DNA of 64,000 bases from the human T2T-CHM13v2.0 reference genome, Homo sapiens (GCF_009914755.1 NC_060932.1), one strand, 5' to 3'; counted from the first letter of the stretch, positions 1 to 13,967 are shown. Numbers and translations: made by a program. The notes: generated by a model not told the origin, from the sequence alone.

Positions 1-120
1 GTTTTGCAAACCTGTCCATAAGGTACCTCATGGTATGGAATAGATAGATCCGAATGAGAAGACAATAGGAGGCAGTTGGCTCCACCATCTGGCATAGAGT
101 CTGACCCTTCAGGTTATTTT

Positions 121-318
121 TATTTTATTTATTTATTTATACAATTTATTTATTTATATAATTTATTTATTCATTTATTTATTTTTGAGACAGTGTCTCA
201 CTCTGTCACTCTGTCGCCCAGACTGGAGTGCAGTGGCGCGATCTTGACTCACTGCAACCGTCTGCCAGGCTCAAGCGATTCTTCTGCCTCGGCCAGGCAT
301 GCACCACTACCGCCCAGC

Positions 319-349
<31 letters not shown>

Positions 350-477
350 GTATTTTTAGTAGAGACAGGGTTTCACCATGTTGGCCAGGCTGGTCTTGAA
401 CTTCTGACTTCAAATGATCCATCCGCCTTGGGCTCTCAAAGTGCTGAGATTACAGGTGTAAGCCACCACATTCGTCC
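121..477 (-). mobile_element. Alu (AluS-like) with internal deletion and (TTTA)n-expanded tail
   Basis: Antisense Alu body; TSD ccttcaggttatttt at 106-120 and 478-492; right arm lacks the ~20-nt agcctcccgagtagctgggatta segment. Confidence 0.95.
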
Positions 478-774
478 CCTTCAGGTTATTTTGAAGTTAT
501 TTTAACAAAGTAAATTTAGAGAACATATTTGATGTAACAGATTGGTAGCTGGATGCGTAACTTCAATGTTTAGATATATTGAGCATGGGCTTTTTTTTTT
601 TTTCTTAATCTCTTACCTTGCATCCTAAAATGTTAGAGGCAGATATATGGGGAAAACAAAAAACACACTTTTTTTACTATACAATTTGTTTCTGTATGCT
701 TTCACTGTAGTCACCTTCAAGCCAGAGAGTATAATTAGAATAATGAAATCAGGAAAAACTGCTAGAACGAGAAA

Positions 775-900
775 GTTGAAACTGAAGGAGACCTTAGATT
801 CTTTGCCTCTAATCTTAAAGGGTGAGACAACTGAGGGCATGAGTTTTGTCTCAAATCATCCAGAAAGGTAGTGGCAGAGCCAAGATAAAAACCTAGGTAT
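775..900 (-). mobile_element. MIR relic
   Basis: Degenerate MIR core (gaaggagaccttaga...gacaactgagg...gtggcagagccaag). Confidence 0.6.
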
Positions 901-947
901 ATATGCAGCTTTATTTTTCTCTTTGCAATTAAAAAAAATAATGTGTT

Positions 948-1247
948 GGCCAGGCGCGGTTGTTCATGCCTGTAATCCCAGCACTTTGGGAGGCCAAGAC
1001 GGGCGGACCATGAGGTCAGGAGTTTGAGACCAGCCTGGCCAACATGGTGAAACCCTGTCTCTACTGAAAATGCAAAAATTAGCCAGGCATGGTGGCGCAT
1101 GCCTGTAATCCCAGCTACTTAGGTAGCTGAGGCAGGAAATCGCTTGAAACCAGAAAGCGGAGGTTTCAGTGAGCTGAGATCATACCACTGCACTCCAGCC
1201 TGGGCAACAAGAGTGACACTCCATCTCAAAAAAAAAAAAAAAAAAAA
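948..1247 (+). mobile_element. Alu (AluS)
   Basis: ggccaggcgcggt start, dimeric body, poly-A tail. Confidence 0.96.
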
Positions 1248-1515
1248 GTGTTTATTTTATATAAGAAGATTTTTTTTAATTGCAAATGACTCCTCCTTAG
1301 GTCTTATCAAACGTTCAAAATATCAAAATCATGTCAGTGCATGTTGTAAAGTTTAGACTAACTGGCTTGTTTTTCATTTGCATCTTTAATTTTGTAAATG
1401 ACCAATGTTATTTCCAATGATTCAGTGGCTGAGTTTTTTAAGGACTGTTAAGTGGTCAGATATTTTATTAATGTTTATAGAAAATACACTACAAAATTAA
1501 ACTTCTGATTTTTAA

Positions 1516-1596
1516 AATGTAGTTGTTTACATAAATTTAGTTGTCTACATAAATTTAGTTGTTTACATAAATTTAAAATTTAGTTGTTTACATAAA
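1516..1596. repeat. 18-bp tandem repeat (aaatttagttgtttacat), about 4 copies
   Basis: Units read directly from sequence. Confidence 0.9.
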
Positions 1597-2724
1597 TATT
1601 GGAAATTCTAAGAATACATGAAAATGTGAACAACTAAAAACTGTGAGACCTTATTTGGTAAATAATATGCATATTCCAAATGTGGGAAAATAATATAGAC
1701 CAAATAAGAAAGTTTAATAAATGAATTAAATCTGTGCTAATGTGTTATACTGGTTTTAAAATTGATTTAATAGCATTGTTTCAAATTAAAAAAAAAACTT
1801 CAGTACACATAATTTGCAGTACGAATATCTAGATGAAGTTATTACTGTGTGTGTCTTAACATTTTACAATTCTACTTTGGGTATCGTATTACATATAATA
1901 GAAATAAAGGACTAAAAATTACTACCCAGAAAGTGTTTGTTTATTTTCAGTGCAAATATCTCCTAACTATGTAACCTATATCTGATTATCTCATTCAATT
2001 AATTAAAAGCTAAGGTCCACTAATATTCATCGTTTTCCAGACTCTCATTTAAATTACAAGGAATAGGGGAACATTGTCATTTATTCTGGAAAACGCAGCT
2101 GCTCAATGATGGGCAAGAGGTCATAACTATAGAAAAAGTGCTTAAAAATGCATCACAGTAAAAATGAAGAATAAACTATTTTCAGAAGTTGTTACCCATA
2201 TTAAGGTATTAGAGTATAAATATAAAATTTTACTGTATGTATGACCATACCTAATACCTTTTAGCACACATATCCAAGTTTTATAAAGCTGCTCAACCTA
2301 TAACTTTAATGTAGTTTCATATGCGATCTCTTTGAATTCTTTGAGGAAGGCAAATGAGCCAGACAAACAAGACAGGAGGTAAAGCAAATGTTCCCAGAGT
2401 CAAGGAATTAAATATGCTATTTACAGAATGATAATCTACTTTTATATATTTATTCCTCTGTTGCATTCATGTACACTCCACTAATTTCCACACATAACAT
2501 AATTGAGAACTGATTTTAACAAATTGATTTTAAATCAAAGAAGTCTAGATTTTTTCCATCAGTATTAGCTTTTTATTTTATTAAATACCTTACCTTTGCT
2601 TTTATTGAAGATAGAAGGCAGCAGTTGGGCAAAATCTTTGAAAAAAATTTTTTTTTCTATCATGTCGTGAACAAATGGCTCATGGTAACTTACACAGATA
2701 GAAAATAAGAAAACCAGTCATTAA

Positions 2725-2862
2725 CTCCAATTGGTGGTAGCTATACTGGTTTGATAAAGGCATGCAAATCAAGCCAATTCTTAAACCCTGGGTTAGTGAG
2801 CTAAGTAGGGTCATTCATTGATTGGAGTAACTGATAAAGAGGTAGGCGGGTGGGGCAGGGAA
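2725..2862. promoter_or_regulatory. Candidate enhancer/promoter motif cluster in unique DNA
   Basis: Octamer ATGCAAAT 2762-2769, CCAAT on both strands, two TGATAA sites, GC-box-like aggcgggtgggg ~2844-2855. Confidence 0.35.
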
Positions 2863-3513
2863 GAAGTGGTTACTTTCACCAGTTCTGGAGGCCTGACTGA
2901 TTCCATTGATAAAACAGTAGAGACTGCAACCCATTGAAAGGCAGAGGACCAACTTGCCATTAATATGTCAGAAATGACTCTCAGGAATCATTACAGAAAT
3001 GAGACACGGTTCATGAATTTGATTTTAGGTAAAGAGCTTTCCTAGAGGTTAAGGCAAAAGTTTATCATGTTATATGTCCTCCTGAGAAGTTACTTCATTG
3101 CTATGAAATCAGTCTATCAGGAGCCATTTCTTGTGACCCATGCATGTTTAGATGCACAGTACAAAGAAAATAGAAACTTAGAGGAAAAGTCACCAAACAA
3201 TGCAAAATGTTCAAATGTCACCAGAATATTGAGATGTTGTGTCAGATTAAACAGGGCTACAAATTCTTTGACATCTCTCCTATCAAAAACAGTAGCCCTC
3301 AATCAGTATAATTGTTACAGCTAATTGTTGCATATAATTTTTAAAGTCTAGAAGTTTTTAAAAGTTCAGATGGCTCTCTCAGAAAACACAAAGATATTAA
3401 AAGTACATTCAGAAATTGATAAAGATCAAAACATGAAATAGGCAGTGAAACTTTTGATGTAACCTCAAAGATTTTAATTGACTGAGTCCTCATATAAGAT
3501 ATTCATTAGGTGA

Positions 3514-3836
<323 letters not shown>

Positions 3837-5109
3837 TAGGTGGCTATTTTTTATTACTTCAAGTGAACATAGTTACAATTAAACAGATAACCTTTCAATT
3901 TCAAGATGGCTTATTCAGACTATTTGCAATTATGCCTGAAAAGGTCACCTTTACTCATCCACTAAATGAAAGATGCTCGTACATCATCCCTGCCACTGTT
4001 TCAGTTTTATCTTGGAAATTAATCAAATGAAATTAGTCTCTAAAGACACACACCAATTGCAGATGGAAAGTTTAAGATTTCATGGTCTAGGTATAGTTAA
4101 GAGAAAACAGATATGACATCTGCTTGAAAGATTCTTACAGTAAATTCATTTGGAATATTTAATTCATTTGGAATATTTACTCATCAAAACCTAAGAGTTT
4201 TCGCCATGCGATCGGCTGGCTGGAGGAGGAAAGTGTACTCTAGCAAAAGCAAATGATACTGCTGGCCAGGTAGAATGGTCAACCTCAGTTGCTACACATG
4301 ATTGTTCAAGCTGTGCTCTGCACACAGCTTAGAGTTGAAAGTAGGGTAAAACCCGTTTGTGCTTTGCTTGTCGATTTGCACACAAAAGTATAGTCTCACC
4401 CCCTCCCTTCACTTCCCCCCCACCCCCCTCCCACTACGAAGACACAGAGATGTCTTTTTCTTGTAGGTCTGCTTAAAAGAGATGCCTTTTTCTAAATATC
4501 ACAAAGGTGGCATTTTAATGGCAATGTCCCCACACCTGAGTGTTCCCAATCACTGTGTCCAAAAGGCACAGTGAAACTTAAGGCATTTTTAGTCTGATGT
4601 AAACTGAAGCAGAGAGATAGTGGCAGTTTGTAAGGTAGAAACACTTGAAATGAGTTGGGTTTAGAATTAGTTCCTTGAAGCTTTGTATATCTTAAAGTTA
4701 TTCTAGTCAGCAGCTTGATATTCCTAAATTGAGATAAGATTAAACTTTAAGGAGCAAGAGAGAAGCAGGAGCTACTTTGAGGACTGGCAACCAAAATTGC
4801 TAAGAGGTTTAGAGCAGCATGTGTCACCAATCCCAGCAGAAATGATGGCAAACGTGTATCCTGAGGCTAACTAATATAGCATGACTAGGTCCTTACTTAC
4901 TCAGAGACAAGGTGGGGCTGAGTCTGCAAGTTGCTTCTCTTAAATGAGACATTAAAAAGTAGATGAATATTAAAGCTGAGCCAAGATTTATTGTGCTATG
5001 TTCCTTTAATCTCCACCCCTGCATGCCATAAGAGTAGGAATTTACTATCCCTAAATTGTAATAATTGTTTATTAAAAATATTAGCCAATACCAATTTATA
5101 GTATTTTCC

Positions 5110-5290
5110 ATGCCCCAAGGACTATGTTAAGTACTTTATGGATTTTATCTCATTTAATACTTACTCACTTTGTCTCTAGGAGGTCAATAATATTTTTTTC
5201 TATTTTCTAATTTAGAGATCTGATTGAGGTTTGGAGACATTAATTCACTACATACAGACACACAGAAGTAGCAAAGAAGAGATGAACTCA
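5110..5290 (-). mobile_element. MIR relic
   Basis: Matches the MIR pattern atctcatttaat...tgagg. Confidence 0.6.
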
Positions 5291-5300
5291 AGACTAATGT

Positions 5301-5595
<295 letters not shown>

Positions 5596-5749
5596 AAGAC
5601 TAATGATTTTTAAAATGTCAATCATTATACTAAGTCACCTCTTCTCTATGATTAGAGGTATTTTGGTGAAAAGATCAAACCACAGTAAGTATTGGGAATC
5701 TTGTTCAATGATTCTACATTGCATAAATTATAAATATTGGACAAGTTCA

Positions 5750-6140
5750 TATCTTAGTTTGGATTATCTGAGAAACAGACAAGGACTCAAGTTCACATGG
5801 TTTACCTGTATGGTGATCCCAGGAAAGAATATGGGAAAATAATATAGGAAGGTACAGAAGCCAGTAAAGGGCGTGTTAAAAAGCAAGTTACCCCTATGGA
5901 CTACTGGAGTTTAATCCCACTGGAGAACTCAGGGAGTTAGTGTAAGAAATATCCTGCATGTGGGGTAAGAGAGCTGCATTAGGCACTCATCAACTTTCAT
6001 TAGGCACTGGTTGGGCATATTTCCAGGAAGCATCACTTCCCCTGCTGTTCTAGCTTGTCATGAGCAGGTAAAGCAGGCTCACATAGCCAGAGAAAGCCCT
6101 CAGTGTGAGAGCTGAAATTTGGGCCACATGTACCGAGATT
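5750..6140 (-). mobile_element. Ancient ERVL LTR (LTR33/LTR16-like)
   Basis: Resembles recalled consensus motifs: ggtgatcccaggaa, gaagccagtaaagggcgtgtt, actggagtttaatcccactgg. Confidence 0.6.
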
Positions 6141-6817
6141 GTACTATTTGAGATGTCGATAGTAAATACTACAATTAATATCCATGTCTCTTACCTCTTA
6201 TGTGAAGATTTTCCTGATTAGCTTCTGAAATTTGTAATCTTTTTCTTCTAAAGGTCTGTAGTATTTTATTTTTACCATTCTCATAAAATGCATAATTTAC
6301 TGATATGATTTTGTTATTGTTTTGTACAATGTTTAGCTCGTGAAAAAAATGAAAATGAGTTAAAACTAGGTAAATAAATCATGTATAAATCGTGTATATG
6401 TCACCGACATGGCTTTGTGTCTTATACTTTTTAACCCCTTAATATATATTATTTATCTTCCCTTAGTCCCCTTTTTCAAAAACTTATTTGGAAATATAAG
6501 CCAAGGTTAAAATAAAAAAAAATTAAAAATAATTAAAAAAACTTCAATTCTTATACTGTATTCTGCACTGGAAAATGTCATACCTTTTTTGGGTTTTGTC
6601 TAGCCTTTTACTTAGATGGCTACTAAATGGTTTCACACTCTGAATTCATATATGAGAATCAGGCTTTCATTATTGTTCAGCATCTGTCTTTTAAAACTTT
6701 TAAACTTATGATCTAAAATCAGATTGGTCAACTCATCTGAACTCTGCTGGACGTTTTACTCAACCCTTCTCCAGAAGGGTGTTTCTCCACCCTTCTCTCC
6801 ATCTTGGGAGATTGATA

Positions 6818-7282
6818 TGTGAAAAACAAAACAAAAAAAAAACAGAAAACCCCCAAAACTCTACATATATTAAATATAAATTAAATTAAATACAGTTTGA
6901 GCAAAGAATGAAAAACATGACTCATTAATCAAGCAGTACTGAGAATTAGGAGAGGTTCAGAGAGCTCCACCCAGCAATGTGGGCAGGCAGTATTTATAGA
7001 AAAAAAAAAAGTAAGTAATGTAAAGAAACAGCTTGATTGGATACAGCTCAGCATTTTTCTTATTTGGGCATGGTGTGATGAGGGATTCGCCTTATATGGG
7101 CACAGTCTAATCAGCTGGTAGCCTGTGATTGGCTGAAGCTTTGGTGCTGTGATTGATTGAGACCCAGCTACTTGTTACGAGAATATATTTTAAGTTAGGC
7201 TTCATTTTGTTTATATACTAAATTGGGTTTTACTTAACTGCATACAGAGGCAAGTTTAGGTCAAAGTCATTTTAACTTAACA
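6818..7282 (-). mobile_element. ERV1 (MER4-group, MER57-related) 3' LTR
   Basis: Minus strand begins TGTTAAGTT after a purine-rich PPT-like tract (ccaaaagtaggaaat); several CCAAT boxes; same layout as the MER57 LTR at 44 kb. Confidence 0.75.
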
Positions 7283-8780
7283 ATTTCCTACTTTTGGTCA
7301 GCCTCTCAATTTTGAGAAATTAACCAAAACCTTGAATATGATACCACTGTCTGCTATGAGTCATAATGGACTTGTTTGGCCTCAGTATGGAATTCAGAAT
7401 TCACAACATCAAGTCAGTTGGGCAATTTTTTTATACTTTTGGTGTTTTCTTTATTGTACTCTTAGTGAGACCATTTGACATATAATGGATGGCTGCATAC
7501 AAACACTTAAGACTCTTAAGAGGATATAGCATACCAGAGATATTATTATGATGGTTATCAGGGGGATAACACTAAGTGACTAAAGTATAGTCCTTAACAG
7601 GAGCTCCCACAAATCGAAATGATCAAAATAAAGTATATCAAATACGAGCTGGACAAGGAAGGTACTTGTTTTATGTAAGTAGCGGGTTTGTTGATTTCTT
7701 GAAAATGATTTTCTACTATGCAGGATGTATTTATCCAAGTGAAGCAGGAGGTGTTAGTTCTTGCACACACTCACCTTTGTTCAGCCAACAGAAAATCCAA
7801 AGAAATCTTTTCATCTAAAACAACTTTAGCAAGAGAATTTTAGGAAGTTTGTTGGGAAACTAGAGTCTTTGCAGTAGTGTTAGCTATAGTAGCTTATGTT
7901 TGAGACAGACTTCTAATCATAAGTTTATTTAAATTTTTGCCAACCTGAGAAAGGAGCATTTTACCAAAAGATGCCCATTTAGAGTGATTTATACCTGCTG
8001 GAAAATTATTCTTTATTCCATAATGCACATTAAGATGTGTAGACCTAAACTTTTACAAAATTTTAAAGTTCTCCACTCTCAACATTCTGTTTTGAATTGG
8101 GTATGGAGTGACAGTAGTACCATTAAAATCCCTAATCCACACTGGCCCTTTATTTTGCACTTATTGAGGCATGGAGTTGTCCACATATATGGTGGGTTGT
8201 TAAATCCTTAATGGATAAAAATATATCCTAGTACATTCTGAATATATCCTAGGGCAGACTGTTCCCTATGGGGTGCTTTGGATATTAGGGTGTCTTCAGT
8301 AGGAAAGCATTAGTAATATTTGTCTGTAGCTCCATTATAGAATCATTGTGTTGTTGAAGGCTACCAACAATTAAAAAATAGGTTTGTATGTTTGTCTACA
8401 ATTGTCAAATTATCTTTCTTTTGGTTTTTAATTCAATTTCTGACACAATTTAACTATAAAGCCTCACTATAAATTTTGCCTACACTTAGAATTAAACAAG
8501 GAATCCAAATACATTAATCTAAATACCTAACCATATAGAAAGGGCCAGACATGCAACTTGAACAAATAGGCACATTTGGAATATCAGTAATATTTGTTAC
8601 ACGGTGAACCAGAGAACTCTAAAATCTTGTAGGAGTTTACATTTAACATGACATATCTGACATCCATTTAAGTTCTCTGCAAAAGCTATCAATAATGAAA
8701 TCTTCAATATCATATTACTATGCCATGTATAAACAGAAAAGAAACACGGAAAAAGAGAAAATGAAGATATTATAAAAATG
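7283..8780 (-). pseudogene. Decayed endogenous retrovirus env (gamma-type)
   Basis: Minus-strand translation 7893-7700 gives SLAKVVLDEKISLDFLLAEQR*VCARTNTSCFTWINTS (immunosuppressive domain plus degenerate CX6CC); NLNGCQICH (SU CxxC) with CQIC at 8651-8662; in-frame stops. Confidence 0.88.
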
Positions 8781-10043
8781 TTTACATTAGTTCAAAGGAA
8801 TTGAAGAGCATTTTTTTTTTTTTGCCTAACACTTAACATTTCTTATCTTTACAGATATTTATCATCCTAGAGCAACTGTTCTTACTTTTGACTGCATATC
8901 AAAATCAAATGGGGAGAGTTTGTTGCATTTGCTAGTGGTTTTGAATTTCTATTTTGAAACTTTTGTTTTCAAAGTTTTAACCTCAAATGCATTAATAAAG
9001 AAAGTAAATAAGAGGAATCCAATAAGGTCCACCAAGAATAAGATCCACCAAGAATCCACAGCTATTCATTTACCTACATCTATCTAGCAATATAGTTTTG
9101 AAATATATCAAATAAAAACATACAGAATTATGAACAGAAAAGGATCAATCCACAGCCATATATAAAACAAATAAAGTATTACAAGCAAAAACTTTATGTA
9201 CATCTCCAGTAGATGAATCTAGCTGTGTTTGTCTGTTTTTAATTGTGATTTCATGTCACTGTTGCCAGAAATTTGGATTAAATAGATATAAAACGGGATC
9301 TAATATCTGTAATTTTTAAAAGGTCCTTTAGTGTATGTGTACAGCCTGGTTTGGGAATCTGTGCTCTGTTATGAGTCCTTAAAAGCCTAGGTGCTGAAAG
9401 CTGCTTACAATCTGACCAAGAAATCTTAGTTACCTACTCAGTTAAAATGATGTTGGGCTATGGAGATGGTGACTATAGTCTCTTTTATTTGCTTAAGTTT
9501 TAAAGGTATACATATAAAAGCAAAGTGAGAAGATTTGGCTTATAACTAGGCACTCCCAAAGATTGTGTGCAAATTTAACATTGTTCAATTCAAAGGTTGA
9601 GTGTTATGTTGTTGTTGCTGATTCTTGAATGTTGATGGTATTGAATAATAAGGAGGATGTATAATAAGTGTACAAAATGGAAGCTTCAAGTTCTAACTAT
9701 ATTGCTGGAATAAACAGATCAGGGACTATTTCCTGGCATGACACTCTAGGAAGTTTTGAGTACCATGGGAAATAATGCCCCCTATTTGCAGGGTTTGAGA
9801 GAGAATATGTATAAATAACTGGCTCAGAGTATATGATGAAATTGTCATCTCTTCTACAGAAATCTCTAACCTAGTTAGGGAGACACACACAGAAACATGA
9901 AATAGTTTCTTATAACATAGTCAGGGGTCAGTGAAGGGTTTCTCATTGTGGGTACAGCAAGCCTGTCCTTACACCTCAGTTTCTCACATCTGTGTAGGGG
10001 AGATAATCACAAAAGGCTGACTTCAACAATAGATTTTCCTACT

Positions 10044-10057
10044 GTTTCTATGGCAAC
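10044..10057. promoter_or_regulatory. RFX X-box motif
   Basis: GTTTCTATGGCAAC is one mismatch from the consensus GTTNCCATGGNAAC; function not shown. Confidence 0.4.
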
Positions 10058-10667
10058 AACATGAAAATAATCATAACACTCTACTTCAATCCTTAATGCA
10101 ATTTAGTCAGCAACATTTGCTGAACACCCACTGTGTGCAGAGAAATACACTGGAAAGCTATGGAAATAAGAATTTTTATTGTCATAAGTGGAAACTGGGA
10201 GAAAATAACTTTCTCTATAATGTGTCTCTGAAACCAAAACAAAGTCTGCCTCATTATTTGACATTGGGATTTCCAGACTTACCTAAAGGTATAAGTGCTT
10301 CTTTGTGAACTTCTGCACAGATAAAATTACCAAGGATGGAGTGAAATGTGTCCTCTATACTGAAAATTATTTCAGAAAGTGGAGACAATAGCTGAGCACT
10401 ATTCTACTAATATTAGCAGATTTCTCTTTAGAATTTTCTCTTGGTAACTTATAAACAACTTTTTCTCTTAATACAAACATAGGTAAAAGTTGTTTTCCCA
10501 GAGTTTTGCCTTTTAGAGAATGTAAGGTTACTGGGGAATGTAAGGTTAAACAGAAAGCATGTCATCAAATAATGGCAAACAAGTAAAACAGTTATGGACT
10601 TTCTCATAAAAGCAAGCTATCTATTGACCAGTTAAATGAGTTGGACAGAACATTAAATAAGAAACTC

Positions 10668-11295
<628 letters not shown>

Positions 11296-11699
11296 AGAAT
11301 CAATATTATGAAATATGCATGTAATTTTAGAGAAAAATAACTGATATTTTAGCAGACCCCAATTAAAATATATATTTTATATAGGAAGAAAAAAAAACTC
11401 AAAACATATTTCTTCTGCTTAGCCACAGCTGTATATGTCCAGTCCATAATAGGTTAGGACAAATAACCAGGTGTCTCCCACTGACCTTTATATCGCTTAA
11501 TAAATGGTGTTTTTGCCTTAATACTCATCTCTTTAATACAGCATTTTCTGGAGCAACCTTCCACTGAGATTTTTTTCACTCAGATTATTTTTACACAGAT
11601 GATGTTATGTTCATTTATAGATCAGCATATTGCTCAACTATCCTAAACCAGGAGAAGTGGTGAGTACCATGATATGGCATACTGATCATGACCATGATA

Positions 11700-11803
11700 A
11701 ATTAATAAACAATTAGTAGAATTGACATTGGGATTTCCAGACTTACCTTAAGGTATAAGTGCTTCTTTGTGTTTATTAAACAATTAATAAACAATTAGTA
11801 GAA
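11700..11803. repeat. Templated insertion: 50-bp copy of 10258-10307 between 22-bp direct repeats
   Basis: 11722-11771 matches 10258-10307 at 49/50; aattaataaacaattagtagaa at 11700-11721 and 11782-11803. Confidence 0.92.
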
Positions 11804-12059
11804 GTTCTTTATACCAAAAACAGAAAATATGATGAGCAAAGTAAGACTATTAAAATAATGCCTAATTTAATACCATTGGACATCAATTATTGACATCCAG
11901 GTGTATAAGTTTTTTGCTTTTATTTTATTGTTAAAAAATAAAATTTTTGAAATTTTTACATAATTGAGAATTTCAAAAAGGATTTCATTTTTCATAATTT
12001 TTACATAATTTTCAACCTCCCTTTATATTTACTAATTTCTCATAATCATCTTTCCCTAT

Positions 12060-12446
12060 TGTTATTAACTGAATTATGTCCCCCCACCACCCACCAAATT
12101 CATACATTAAAGCCTAAACATGCAATTTGACTATATTTGGAGATAGGGTCTTTAAAAAGGTAATAAACAGTAAATGAGGTCATAAAGAAGGGGCCCTGAT
12201 CCAATAGGAATAATGTCCTTAACAAAAGAGAAAGAGGCCTGTCTATGTGCATACACAGAGAAAGGCCATTTGAGAACACAACAAGAAGGTACCTGCAAGC
12301 TGAAGTGAGAGGCCTCATCAGTAACCAACCCTGCAGACACCTTGATCTTAAAAATCCGGCCTCCAGACTGTGAGAAAATAAATTTCCATTGGTTAAGCCA
12401 CCCAGATTGTGGTATTTTGTTATGGAAGCCCAAGTTGACTAATATA
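12060..12446 (+). mobile_element. MaLR LTR (MLT1A/B-like)
   Basis: tg...gaattatgtccccc start; gactgtgagaaaataaatttc...ttaagccacccag; ends actaatata. Confidence 0.88.
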
Positions 12447-12834
12447 CACATAAGCAAATGTTTTTCCATGATGACATTTTAATCATCACAGCATATTATC
12501 TGTGTATAATTTATTTTTACTTTCTTATTATTGGATATTTCAATTAAATATATTTAAATTGTAATAATTGTTTTCATAAAAAAATCTCAGAAATATTTCT
12601 AAATGTAAAGCAAGCACATTTCTAAATGCCTTTGACCCACAGTGGTAACAGTCAGTCCAATTTATACTTCTCTAAGTTGTGTCAGAGGATGATCATTTTA
12701 CAACATCACCACAGCAAAGGAATTTTATTTTGTAAAAATCTCTATAAAACTGGTAGTCAACAACTATATATAGTATAGTTTTTATTCAATTTCAATTTTT
12801 TGATTTGGAGTAAACTAAACTTATTAGTGACTTA

Positions 12835-13071
12835 TTTATTAATTTAATTTATTATTAGAGACCGGGTCTCCTTGCATTTCCCAGGCTGAGTATAGTGGCC
12901 TGAACTCAAGCCTGAAATCATGGTTCACTGTAGCCTCCAAGTCCAGGCTGCAGCCTGTATAGACAGTCTTGCTGTTACTCAGGCTGGTTTCAAATTCCTG
13001 GGCTCAGGTAATCCTCCCACCTTGGCCTCCCGAAGTGCTGGGAGTATAGGTGTGAGCCGCTGTGCTAAGCC
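12835..13071 (-). mobile_element. Old rearranged Alu (AluJ-like)
   Basis: ctgggctcaggtaatcctcccaccttggcctccc left arm plus a partial right arm. Confidence 0.8.
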
Positions 13072-13611
13072 TTTGTCTTTTCATGTTTCTATGTTTGACT
13101 TGCGTATGCATGTCCTCACAGGTATTCATCTTTAAAATTACATGAAAAATATGTTTGTAAATATCTAGTTATTTTTCTATTGCAAAAGAGATTATTGTGA
13201 ATGGTCCTGATTTCAGAGACATGAGAAAACAGATTATCTGTGATGAGTTCAGCACTGGGTGGTTGTTAAGATACAAAGCATGGGAAATTTTTGGTTTTCA
13301 CATCACCATTCCCTTATGCTTTTTATTCTAACTGCTGCTTCTCATAAAATGTTCACTTCCTCTGCTGATCCCTTAAGTAGTAGTATTCCCCTGGAGAGAA
13401 TCCTCATTTTACACACTGGTTAGACAACATTCTACATCCATGTGCTGATTAATATTTCAACTCTGCAATTTCTTATAACCATCAACCATCTGACACCAAA
13501 TAGTTTCTTCCGATTTCTCCCAAAGAATGACCTTATCATCCACTTAGGTTTTTATATCAACAACACAGATGCCATCTTAGACTTATTTATCTTTACAACA
13601 TCTAATGAACC

Positions 13612-13967
13612 TGTATTAGTCTGTTCTCATGCTGCTAATAAAGACATATCTGAGATTGAGTAATTCACAAAGGAAAGAGGTTTAACGGACTCACAGTTCC
13701 ACATGGCTGGGGAGGCCTCACAATCATGGCAGAAGGTGAATGAGGAGCAAAGTCACTTCTTACATGACACCAGGCAAGAAAGCATGAGCAGGGGAACTTC
13801 CCTTTATAAAGCCATCAGATCTCATGAGACTTATTCACTACCACAAGAACAGTATGGGGGAATCCACCCCCATGATTCAGTTATCTCCACCTGGCCCTGC
13901 CATTGATATGTGGGGATTATTACAATTCAAGGTGAGATTTGGATGGGGACACAACCAAACCATATCA
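13612..13967 (-). mobile_element. THE1 solo LTR (MaLR)
   Basis: tgtattagtctgttctcatgctgctaataaagacat...ccaaaccatatca termini; 5-bp TSD gaacc/gagcc. Confidence 0.94.

Noticed and set aside
1-110. Stop-free minus-strand frame at the window edge ([15 protein letters not shown]...)
   Set aside because: Too short, truncated by the window, no acceptor visible and no recognisable protein
76-505. ORFs of 107 and 68 aa, and similar ORFs at 3553, 10759, 30683, 37932, 42883 and 52919
   Set aside because: Translations of Alu sequence ([21 protein letters not shown]), not genes
647-871. 74-aa ORF containing a 111-nt AG...GT segment (711-821)
   Set aside because: Its 3' half is a MIR relic and there is no recognisable protein similarity
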